Shown here piece after piece: positions 1 through 8,108 of a stretch of 64,000 nucleotides of DNA. Location: the IMG/VR virus record IMGVR_UViG_3300015360_000023, positions 64,001 through 128,000 of that record; one strand, 5' to 3'. Position 1 is the stretch's first letter; every line of letters begins with the position of its first letter. The position numbers were made by a program, and so were the translations under genes. Below the pieces are notes generated by a model. The model saw nothing but the letters and a program-made list of their open reading frames with translations. It had not been told where the DNA came from and searched no databases. Origin of the DNA: a virus. Taxonomy: Duplodnaviria; Caudoviricetes.

Positions 1-747
1 GCTCACGTAACTGCCGGCGCTTATGATGCTACGGCTACTGCTAATATTAGATATGTTAGCGGTAAGTTTCAAACTGATTCAAGTATTCAATATCTTAGCG
101 GAGGTATTAGTGGAGACCTTACTTGGACTCCTGCTACCACAAATAAAGTATTAACTTTACCAAATGCTACGGATACGCTTGTTGGAAAAGCCACCACTGA
201 TACTCTGACCAATAAAACTTTTAACATTATTGATACTGGTAATTTCTTAACGTCTACATCGCAAGCTACTGGAGATTTGATTAAAAATAATGGAACTCAG
301 TTTCTTCGTTTTGCTAGAGGAACCTCTTTACAAGTTTTGCGCGTTAACGTTAGCGCAACTGATTTGGAATGGGCGACCGTAGCTTTCCCTTCTACTGAAG
401 TTACTATTAATCAGGTAGGAGCTGGACAGCTTAATAACGTAGTAACAGATAATGGTGCTGGTAGCAATGCTGCAATGATAAGATTTACTGGAGACGGAGC
501 TGCTACTGATATTACCCTTAGCGGTCTTGCTAGCGGCTCAGGAGTTAGAAGAGTGGTGCTTGCAGCTACAAGTACTTCTAAGCTAATTGTTTCACATCAG
601 GATACAAACAGTACATCCACTAATAGGATTATTTGTCCAGGTAATGTACCTTGGATTGTTGGAACAGATGGCTATACTACTGAGGTTATGTGGGATAGCA
701 CTACTTCAAGATGGAGATTAATTGGCAGTTTGGCCCAAATGACTTAA
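1..747 (+). CDS. tail-fibre-like structural protein, C-terminal part (5' truncated by window edge)
   Basis: Frame 1 is open from base 1 to TAA at 745-747, so the track's TTG start at 277 is internal. It contains LTLPNATDTLVGKATTDTLTNKT, a motif typical of phage fibre shafts. Confidence 0.65.
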   Translation, partial: AHVTAGAYDATATANIRYVSGKFQTDSSIQYLSGGISGDLTWTPATTNKVLTLPNATDTLVGKATTDTLTNKTFNIIDTGNFLTSTSQATGDLIKNNGTQFLRFARGTSLQVLRVNVSATDLEWATVAFPSTEVTINQVGAGQLNNVVTDNGAGSNAAMIRFTGDGAATDITLSGLASGSGVRRVVLAATSTSKLIVSHQDTNSTSTNRIICPGNVPWIVGTDGYTTEVMWDSTTSRWRLIGSLAQMT

Positions 748-804
748 TCCTATAAGTTTGCGTAATATAATACCAATTCTTTTGCATATATCCGAGGAGT
801 TTTT

Positions 805-1317
805 ATGGATACGATTTTACAAGCCTTCTTAAGTTGGCAATTTTTAGCTTTTTCCTTGTCAATTGGTGCAATTATTTACGTAATTAGACAAGTTGTTGAA
901 TATGCAATGATTCATTGGTGGCCGCTTAAGCAATGGAAGGCTGCAAACAAGCAATCTAAAGTATGGAGAGCCTTAATTCTTCCAATTCTTCCAATTTTGC
1001 TTGGCGGCGCAAGCTTCTTTATTACTACATATCCATATCCTGAAGGATTTAATACTTCCGCAGGTCGTTTGGCTTTTGGATTAGTCGCCGGGTTTACATC
1101 TGGCATGTTTGTTAGATTGTATAACTCTTTCTTAGCATCTAGCATTGCTGATTTTGCTCAAAAAATTAGAACTGCCTCAGAGCCTCCTAAGCCTAGGCGC
1201 CGTTCTCGTGACCGTGACCGTGACCGTGACCATGACCATGACCATGATGACTGTGACCACGATCATGACAGCGATTTAGAACAATCAGTAAGAGATTCAA
1301 TTAAAAAAGATCAATAA
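805..1317 (+). CDS. holin-like membrane protein (about 3 TM helices) with an Arg/Asp/His-rich C-terminal tail
   Basis: GAGGAG SD. Three hydrophobic stretches (FLAFSLSIGAIIYVI, LILPILPILLGGASFFI, LAFGLVAGFTSGMFV) and a highly charged C-terminus. Confidence 0.5.
   Translation: MDTILQAFLSWQFLAFSLSIGAIIYVIRQVVEYAMIHWWPLKQWKAANKQSKVWRALILPILPILLGGASFFITTYPYPEGFNTSAGRLAFGLVAGFTSGMFVRLYNSFLASSIADFAQKIRTASEPPKPRRRSRDRDRDRDHDHDHDDCDHDHDSDLEQSVRDSIKKDQ
1207..1269 (+). repeat. in-frame hexanucleotide microsatellite encoding (RD)4(HD)n
   Basis: CGTGAC x4 (1207-1230), then CATGAC x2, then degenerate copies. Confidence 0.9.
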
Positions 1318-1357
1318 CAATAATTTCAGTTATATATTGAAATAAATATGGTAATAG

Positions 1358-4300
1358 ATGAGTAACTTTCCAAACAATTTTGATGATGACACAACGTTGC
1401 CGTTTGTAAACGACAACATTACTGAAATAGGCGGAGATGCAATCAACGCCCTTCGTGATGCTGTGTTTCAAATTCAGCAATATCTTGGGTTAGGCGGAGC
1501 TGGCACCACTAGCTCTATTTCCGCACGTTTTGGTATTTCCATTTTTCCAGATGGAACAATCAAGCCTTCCGCCATCACTGGTTTAGGGTTAGTCACTCTT
1601 CCAATTACTGAAAATCAAATCGCTAACAACGCGAACATCCCTGAATCTAAATTACGTTTAGATCACAGGACGCAAGATTTATTTAACTATACTAAAGATC
1701 TAGCAAGAGATGTTAACTTAGTAGCTGGATGGATTTCTACTACTGGTATTAAGTTAGAGCCACACTTGATTGGCGCAATCTATAGACATACTATGGATCA
1801 AATTGATGTCTCTTATGATGATACTAAATTCTTGTATAATAACAAACGTATTCTTAGGGACAACCTAAATTCTTACACGCTTGTTAATGATATGAATGAT
1901 GAGCTATTGGCTCATCAGTGGGCAGATGGATCTCCTTTTGGTACTCCATACACCATTACTTCAAATAATGGCTCTGTATTTTCTTCTAATTACGGACACA
2001 CCGCAAGCTCTATCTTCATTAATACAAGTAGGTTTAACAATCTTCCTCAAACTGCTGACGACGTTCAGTTGTTTGCTGAATACATTGATAGCTCAAGTAT
2101 TTTCTTGCTAGGTACAAGAATTCAAAACTTGTACAGCAGTGGTATTTCTAGAGCCTCTCGTTCTTCTAATTTGACAACAGATGGATATGGTCAATTCATT
2201 ATCTCATCCACTCCAGCTATTGCTTATCTAAAGAATATTGGTAATATCAGTAATCCATATGATAACATTGACACTGGTGACGACGTCATTGAATTAAAAC
2301 CATCAAACGCAGAGCAGCTTAATCATTCTTTTGATGCAAAATTTGCTCTTGTTAAAGTTGGCGATATTATCAGAGTCAATTATGGTACTATTGAAGTTCC
2401 GTTTGTCATTAAAGAAAAAAAGTATTCAGGAACAATTGGTAGTAAGAAATATATTGTTAGAATTGCAGGAAAGAATCAATTCTATTCGCCTGTAGCACTT
2501 GCCACTATTTCCAAGCCGCTATTTAATTCAAATAAGTATGCAGAGTTATCAATCTCGCCGGTTAATAATAGATTTAATGCTACTCCAAGTTTGATTATCA
2601 ATAATCCTCGTGGCGCTCAAACATTAGGTGTTGGTTTCAATCCAGATCAATTAGATGAAAATCACTATCTATTATACCTTGCCCTTTACCCAACTGGTCA
2701 CGTCTCAGACGGTTATACTATTTTACCAGCAATTGACGTTACTGGAAATCAAGGAACCACTCCTGGCTTATATACATTAAGCTCAGTAGTTCAAGCAACC
2801 AATAATGCATTTAGACAAGCTGGATTCAATTACAGATTTGCTGCCTTTTCTTATAAGGGCGAGTTTGGTGTTTGTTTGGCCGACTCATATAATAACACTG
2901 CTTTTTCAATTGTTAGTGCTGCTTTAAAAGATGATGGAACAATTGATACATTAGCTACTCAGGTTACATTGCCAAAGAACGTTGTTGATTTGCTTCCAGT
3001 GGTCGGTACAATTGGTTATGATCCTCTTGGATTCGGACAAACTGGATCTGGTAGTGCCAGCCCACCATATTATACGACCTACGGATCTGCTGCCGCCTCT
3101 CAAGCTCCAACTAAACTATTTGTTCCTTTAAGAAGAAATAGTTACTACGTTGACGGAACTGAAAAAGAAAAACTAGATAGAGAACCAACACAAGCACTTG
3201 ATGGGTATGGAGATGGTTACTGGGTAGCTACTATTCAAGATGTTACTATCCCTTCTGGACGTGTTCAAACTACTTATCGTGTTCCATTAGATTTATCTAC
3301 CTCTGGACTTAAAGAAGGAAAAACATTAGTTATTCAATCTTTGGGCGGAGCAAGTTTAGTTGACTGTGGAAGATACATAATTCAACAAGTCGTATTCGGA
3401 TGCTCTCCAACAAATTTCACGGATATTACAGTCTATGACTCTGTTCATGGAGTGGGAAGCTCTCCATCCGCAGTTGTACAGCCATTTGAACAGGTAGCGT
3501 TATACTTTGGTCCTGACTCAGTTTCTTTCAACAATGAATCAGTATCAGATATTAGTGTATTTACACCATTCAAAAGACATTTTGAAGTTTACATTGATAG
3601 AGATGGTAGAACATTTACTCATGAAAGAGGCAGAATAACTGTAGGCGGAAGCAACAAAACCGTCAACGGAACTTTGTTGTACGGATTCTCTCAACTTGCT
3701 AAGTTAGATATTATTAAGATCTCTTCCAAGTTACGTGGATTTCAATTCGGATCAGTTAACAAGATTACCTTAAGAGTGTTTAGTTACGTTGCTTCTACTG
3801 GAGTGTTTGACGGGTATCTAAGTTCTTATGATGGTAGTACTTTTACTCACTTTGGTCCTCGCACCACTGGTAAAAAAGGCCAAGTTACAAGATTTTATGA
3901 TGAAACGAATACAGACTACATCGAAGTAATATATGATATTAATGATTCTGTTTCTGATTTTACAGATCAGCTAATTGACTTTCAATTATTCCCAAGCTTG
4001 ACTCTTGATGATGAGCTTATGTTACTTGGCACTTGTCAAGTTGACGATGGGACTAGCGATCCAACCAAGATGGTTAGCAGGATTCTAGACGCAAGACAAT
4101 TTGGAAATACCAGCGAAAAAGATTTAAGTAACTCTGTTTTTGAGTACATGTCAGTCCCAGAGAAACACCTACACAGCAACGGAGTAATTAGAGGCTTTAA
4201 CGTTTATCAGAATTTTAACGGTACTCCTGGTACTGGCGCAATGATTTACCTAAACGGTGGCGTTGCTTTAGTTAACGGCGTATTGCTAAATATTAATAAT

Positions 4301-5872
4301 GATACAGTCACTATTCCGGCTATCAGAGAAACTTATGGAAGCTCTTTCTGGAGTGTAAATTGGATTGTTTGTCTTGATGACAATGGTGATTATAAATTAA
4401 TTCCAATGTTGGATTATGATGCTGTTCTGGGAACCCCAAATGCACCAACAAGATTATTTACCGCTGTAGATGTTATCAGTTCAACTAGTTATATCTTACC
4501 AGCAAGTTCATTTGCTGATTTAGTTAATAATAGAAAAGATCTAACTCCACTATATGTAGTATCTACTACAACAGTCGGCACAATAACTCCAACTGTTTCC
4601 ATTACAATAAAAGATGTAAGAAAGTTTATTTACAAGAGCGATTGGAGTGAAAGACCAACTTTAGCTGTAGGTATTGAGAACGCAGACTTTAGAAGTTTAG
4701 AAGCTCTAACTATGTGGTTTAACTATAATTCTAGTTACAACAACACGGTAAATGTTAGGGGAACCATATCTTCTTTCACGTCTCCAATGACGTTTACTAC
4801 CAGGAGCAGATTTTATGGTGATGGTTTAGCTGCATTTTCTGTCAGTTCAACGCTTAGCATTACAAATATAGAATTTAATAGTATTACGTTCACTGTAAAT
4901 GCAACAATGACTTTAACTTCTGTTGATTTTAATTCCATTACTTTTGGAGGAACAGCCAATTTAACGAGCACTACATCTAACTTTAATAAATGTACGTTTA
5001 ACGTTCCTGCCGGAGCCTCATTGGTATTCAATAGTTCCAATCTTGATAATGTTACTTTCAATTTGAATGGTGGGGCTACTCTTTCGTTTGGTAATTCTCA
5101 TGTAACTAATTGTACAATAAATTGTTCTTCTGGTGCAAGTACGATTAATATTACTGGTGTTAACTCAAATATAATTAATAATACGTTTACTTTCAATAGC
5201 GCTAGTAACACATTGAATTTTACGGGGAGAGCTAGTGGAAACAAATTTAATTGGAATGCTATTTCTAATGTAATAAATGTAAGTGGGGACATTGATTTAA
5301 TTGCTAATCATTTCTTATCTACTACTTCTATACCTATTAGCTATTTCTTAAATATTGCAGATGGAACTAATGGTATTATTTCAGATAATTTATTCTTTAG
5401 ATTAAATAACGTTATTTCGGCTTACATTGTGGGGCCGGCTTCGCTAACTAGCGGCGTTGTAACAATCACGAATAACTTTTTTGATAGCTCTACTATCGAT
5501 GGTACTAATCAAAATTTGATTTCTAACTTACCATTAACTTGGATTTATGCTAACAATCTAAATACTCCGCATAGACTTAATGTTCGTAGAATTACTGCGG
5601 GCGGCACTTATAACGTAGCTATAACTGATCATGTACTTGCATTAGAGCACACCTCAGCAATCACTATTAATTTACCAACTATTAGTGCATCTCCTGCTGG
5701 TAGAACTTTGATTATTAAAGATGTACTTGGAAGAGCAGATAGTTTTCCTATCACACTACATAGGGCTGTATCAACTGAAAATATTGAAAATATTGTCGCA
5801 GATTACGTTACAAAAAATCCTTATGGATCAATCACTATAGTTATCAATTCAACTGGATGGACTATCTTATAA
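1358..5872 (+). CDS. large tail fibre/appendage protein (1504 aa)
   Basis: The N-terminus FPNNFDD...INALRDAVFQIQQYLG resembles fibre attachment segments. There is an Asn/Thr-rich beta-helix-like region at about aa 1150-1400 and a C-terminal ITINLP...GRTLIIKD domain seen in phage fibres. Confidence 0.6.
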   Translation: MSNFPNNFDDDTTLPFVNDNITEIGGDAINALRDAVFQIQQYLGLGGAGTTSSISARFGISIFPDGTIKPSAITGLGLVTLPITENQIANNANIPESKLRLDHRTQDLFNYTKDLARDVNLVAGWISTTGIKLEPHLIGAIYRHTMDQIDVSYDDTKFLYNNKRILRDNLNSYTLVNDMNDELLAHQWADGSPFGTPYTITSNNGSVFSSNYGHTASSIFINTSRFNNLPQTADDVQLFAEYIDSSSIFLLGTRIQNLYSSGISRASRSSNLTTDGYGQFIISSTPAIAYLKNIGNISNPYDNIDTGDDVIELKPSNAEQLNHSFDAKFALVKVGDIIRVNYGTIEVPFVIKEKKYSGTIGSKKYIVRIAGKNQFYSPVALATISKPLFNSNKYAELSISPVNNRFNATPSLIINNPRGAQTLGVGFNPDQLDENHYLLYLALYPTGHVSDGYTILPAIDVTGNQGTTPGLYTLSSVVQATNNAFRQAGFNYRFAAFSYKGEFGVCLADSYNNTAFSIVSAALKDDGTIDTLATQVTLPKNVVDLLPVVGTIGYDPLGFGQTGSGSASPPYYTTYGSAAASQAPTKLFVPLRRNSYYVDGTEKEKLDREPTQALDGYGDGYWVATIQDVTIPSGRVQTTYRVPLDLSTSGLKEGKTLVIQSLGGASLVDCGRYIIQQVVFGCSPTNFTDITVYDSVHGVGSSPSAVVQPFEQVALYFGPDSVSFNNESVSDISVFTPFKRHFEVYIDRDGRTFTHERGRITVGGSNKTVNGTLLYGFSQLAKLDIIKISSKLRGFQFGSVNKITLRVFSYVASTGVFDGYLSSYDGSTFTHFGPRTTGKKGQVTRFYDETNTDYIEVIYDINDSVSDFTDQLIDFQLFPSLTLDDELMLLGTCQVDDGTSDPTKMVSRILDARQFGNTSEKDLSNSVFEYMSVPEKHLHSNGVIRGFNVYQNFNGTPGTGAMIYLNGGVALVNGVLLNINNDTVTIPAIRETYGSSFWSVNWIVCLDDNGDYKLIPMLDYDAVLGTPNAPTRLFTAVDVISSTSYILPASSFADLVNNRKDLTPLYVVSTTTVGTITPTVSITIKDVRKFIYKSDWSERPTLAVGIENADFRSLEALTMWFNYNSSYNNTVNVRGTISSFTSPMTFTTRSRFYGDGLAAFSVSSTLSITNIEFNSITFTVNATMTLTSVDFNSITFGGTANLTSTTSNFNKCTFNVPAGASLVFNSSNLDNVTFNLNGGATLSFGNSHVTNCTINCSSGASTINITGVNSNIINNTFTFNSASNTLNFTGRASGNKFNWNAISNVINVSGDIDLIANHFLSTTSIPISYFLNIADGTNGIISDNLFFRLNNVISAYIVGPASLTSGVVTITNNFFDSSTIDGTNQNLISNLPLTWIYANNLNTPHRLNVRRITAGGTYNVAITDHVLALEHTSAITINLPTISASPAGRTLIIKDVLGRADSFPITLHRAVSTENIENIVADYVTKNPYGSITIVINSTGWTIL

Positions 5873-5881
5873 AGAGGAAAC

Positions 5882-6628
5882 ATGTCAAATCCTAGGTTAT
5901 ATAAACAGATTTTTTTCTCAAATAGTACGTGGTCAACCCCCGCTGGTGTCCGATTTGTTATCGTTACAGGTTGTGGTGGAGGGGGCGGAGGTGGTGGCGG
6001 AGCAGCAACTAGCGGTGCCGCTAATATTCATTATTACGCAACTGGTGGAAGTGGAGGTCAACCTGCGCCTACCTCTACTCAAATTGTTGAAGTTACTCCA
6101 GGTATAACTTATACAATTACTATTGGTTTAGGTGGTGCTGGTGGTGGCTTTACTGCTGTACCTAATTACAATGATGGTGGCGGTAAAGCGCCTGGCAACG
6201 TTGGTTCTGCTGGAGGATCTACTGTTTTTGGCGGTGTTTTTTTTCCAGGAGGTCAAGGCGGCGCTCGTGGAGAAATTGTTTACCCTGCCGGCCCTTCTGA
6301 TCCAAATGATCTTCAAGGTCGTTTGTTAGCTAATAGAGAGCCGGCTACTTTTTGCGCTGCACCCGGAGCTACTCGTTTGAGTAAAGGTGGTGGTGGCGGT
6401 GGTGGTGGTGGCACTTCTAACAACATCTATTCTGCTGGCGGTGGTGGCGGTCAAGGAGCTTTTGGATTTGACGGTTATCCATTTTCAACTGGTGGCGGTG
6501 GTGGTGGTGTTGGTGCGGGCGGCGGAGGTGGCGGTGGTGGTGAAGGTCGCGATTATAACAATACACATGACGGTTCTGCCGGTGGTCCGGGCGGTTCTGG
6601 TTTTGTAGAAATTTCATGGATACAATAA
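5882..6628 (+). CDS. glycine-rich phage tail/fibre-associated protein
   Basis: IFFSNSTWSTPAGVRFVIVTGCGGGGGGG is the phage glycine-rich domain pattern. GAGGA SD. Confidence 0.7.
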   Translation: MSNPRLYKQIFFSNSTWSTPAGVRFVIVTGCGGGGGGGGGAATSGAANIHYYATGGSGGQPAPTSTQIVEVTPGITYTITIGLGGAGGGFTAVPNYNDGGGKAPGNVGSAGGSTVFGGVFFPGGQGGARGEIVYPAGPSDPNDLQGRLLANREPATFCAAPGATRLSKGGGGGGGGGTSNNIYSAGGGGGQGAFGFDGYPFSTGGGGGGVGAGGGGGGGGEGRDYNNTHDGSAGGPGGSGFVEISWIQ

Positions 6629-6629
6629 A

Positions 6630-7136
6630 ATGAAGAATGTAGCTTATAAAACCGCAAAAGATATACCTAGTTTACCTGATGGATTTATTATAGAACACTT
6701 TGAAACAAATAAAGATTCTGAAGAAGGATATTTTGTAGTTTCAAAAGCCTCATTTAATCAATTAATAGCTAATAATGCTGTTCTAGTTAAGCAACAAGAT
6801 GAGGCTAAGGGAGTTGTGGTTGTACCTCAACTTGAACCTGATAATGATTCAGGTAATTCAAGTAGCTCTGGTAATACCAATTCTGGTAATGGTAATTCTG
6901 GTAATGGTAATGGTAGTGGTAGTGGTAGTGGTAGTGGTAGTGGTAGTGGTAGTGGTAGTGGTAATACTGATACCACTGAAAAAATCAGAAGACCTGATAG
7001 GCCTCCAGCTATTGCTAAACCTGTAATTACTAATAAAGTGGCACAGGCTATTGATCCGGATAAAAGGCCTGGAAAAGAGACTGATGATGAGTTGTTTAAG
7101 CAATTTTTAGCATGGAAAAAATCTCAAGGTGTATAA
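6630..7136 (+). CDS. hypothetical protein with (GS)8 linker, possibly a fibre assembly chaperone
   Basis: ORF abuts the Gly-rich gene. Two small domains are joined by a low-complexity G/S/N linker. Function is inferred from position only. Confidence 0.55.
   Translation: MKNVAYKTAKDIPSLPDGFIIEHFETNKDSEEGYFVVSKASFNQLIANNAVLVKQQDEAKGVVVVPQLEPDNDSGNSSSSGNTNSGNGNSGNGNGSGSGSGSGSGSGSGSGNTDTTEKIRRPDRPPAIAKPVITNKVAQAIDPDKRPGKETDDELFKQFLAWKKSQGV
6900..6965 (+). repeat. in-frame hexanucleotide microsatellite GGTAGT x8 flanked by GGTAAT
   Basis: Eight perfect GGTAGT copies at 6912-6959. Confidence 0.95.
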
Positions 7137-7141
7137 ACTAA

Positions 7142-7963
7142 ATGTCAACTAATAATTTCTTCAAATCTAACTTGATGGGTCTGCACAATTTTGTACAGGC
7201 ATCAATGCTGGTATTTCCAAAAGAAATTATCATTTCAACCTTAAGAGATTTTTTCTCCAAGGACGATTATTATCATTTTTCAAAAGATCAATGGGGCTTT
7301 GCTAACACAACAGATCACACTGATCTTCCACCGGGTGCCGATATCCCTACACAACATAATGCTAATGGAGCTAATCAAGAAGGATTATCTACTAGAATTT
7401 ATATAGGTGAGAATTATCGTAAAGATGGAATTTTTTATCCAGCCGTTTTAGTTAAAAGCGGAGGGTCTAAATCAGTTCCTATTTCAATAAATAGAGAACA
7501 AGAGAGTATTCAATACGAAGATATTATTTATGAAGATGGATATGGTAATGAAACAATTGTCCACAGACCTCACTCGTTTATAACGGCTGGAGTTTGGGAA
7601 GGTACGATTATTATTGATGTTATGTCTAGAAGCTTAAGGGCAAGAGATGATATCGCCGAAGCTATTGCAATGTGCTTTACAGAAGTAACATTTGAGACAA
7701 TTGAGGATATCGGAATCATAATTAAACCAATTAGTATTGGTGCTGCCAGCGAGGGAGATGATAGAAACGACAAGCTATTTAGGCAAACTCTCACATTAGA
7801 TATAAGAACCGAGTGGAGAAGAGAAATCCCAGTAGGTAACGTGATTGATGCTATTTTCTTCACTGTAACCTTTGAAGAACTATCAAGCCCTGGAACCCCT
7901 GTACCAGCTAATCTTACAGCTAATACTGATGTTAGCTTGTCAGATATGCTACTAAACATGTAA
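7142..7963 (+). CDS. probable tail completion/terminator (neck) protein
   Basis: Lies directly upstream of the sheath. The segment IIIDVMSRSLRARDDIAEAIAMCF...RQTLTLDIRTEW fits the tail-terminator secondary-structure pattern. Confidence 0.5.
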   Translation: MSTNNFFKSNLMGLHNFVQASMLVFPKEIIISTLRDFFSKDDYYHFSKDQWGFANTTDHTDLPPGADIPTQHNANGANQEGLSTRIYIGENYRKDGIFYPAVLVKSGGSKSVPISINREQESIQYEDIIYEDGYGNETIVHRPHSFITAGVWEGTIIIDVMSRSLRARDDIAEAIAMCFTEVTFETIEDIGIIIKPISIGAASEGDDRNDKLFRQTLTLDIRTEWRREIPVGNVIDAIFFTVTFEELSSPGTPVPANLTANTDVSLSDMLLNM

Positions 7964-8022
7964 AATAGAGAAGATTCGAAGCGGTTCTACAATTCGAAAA
8001 GTTTCAACCCCAGGTAAGACAA

Positions 8023-8070
8023 TAAAATGTGCTAATATATCGCCAAGAATAGGAATATTAATACATTTTA
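8023..8070. promoter_or_regulatory. imperfect inverted repeat upstream of the sheath gene
   Basis: TAAAATGT (8023-8030)/ACATTTTA (8063-8070) plus TAATAT (8033-8038)/ATATTA (8055-8060), in the largest intergenic gap. Confidence 0.5.
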
Positions 8071-8108
8071 ATGATACAATCTACAAAACCGAGTGATAAG
8101 GATTCAAT

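Noticed and set aside
277-747. ORF start at TTG 277
   Set aside because: The frame is open from base 1, so this is the C-terminal part of a longer gene.
1-6628. Diversity-generating retroelement acting on fibre tips
   Set aside because: No reverse transcriptase and no template/variable repeat pair differing at adenines was seen.
1207-6965. Tandem repeats as CRISPR arrays or iterons
   Set aside because: They are in-frame hexamer microsatellites inside coding sequence, with no spacers.
7964-8108. tRNA or structured ncRNA in the largest intergenic gap
   Set aside because: No cloverleaf or T-loop GTTCRA context; only AT-rich palindromes.
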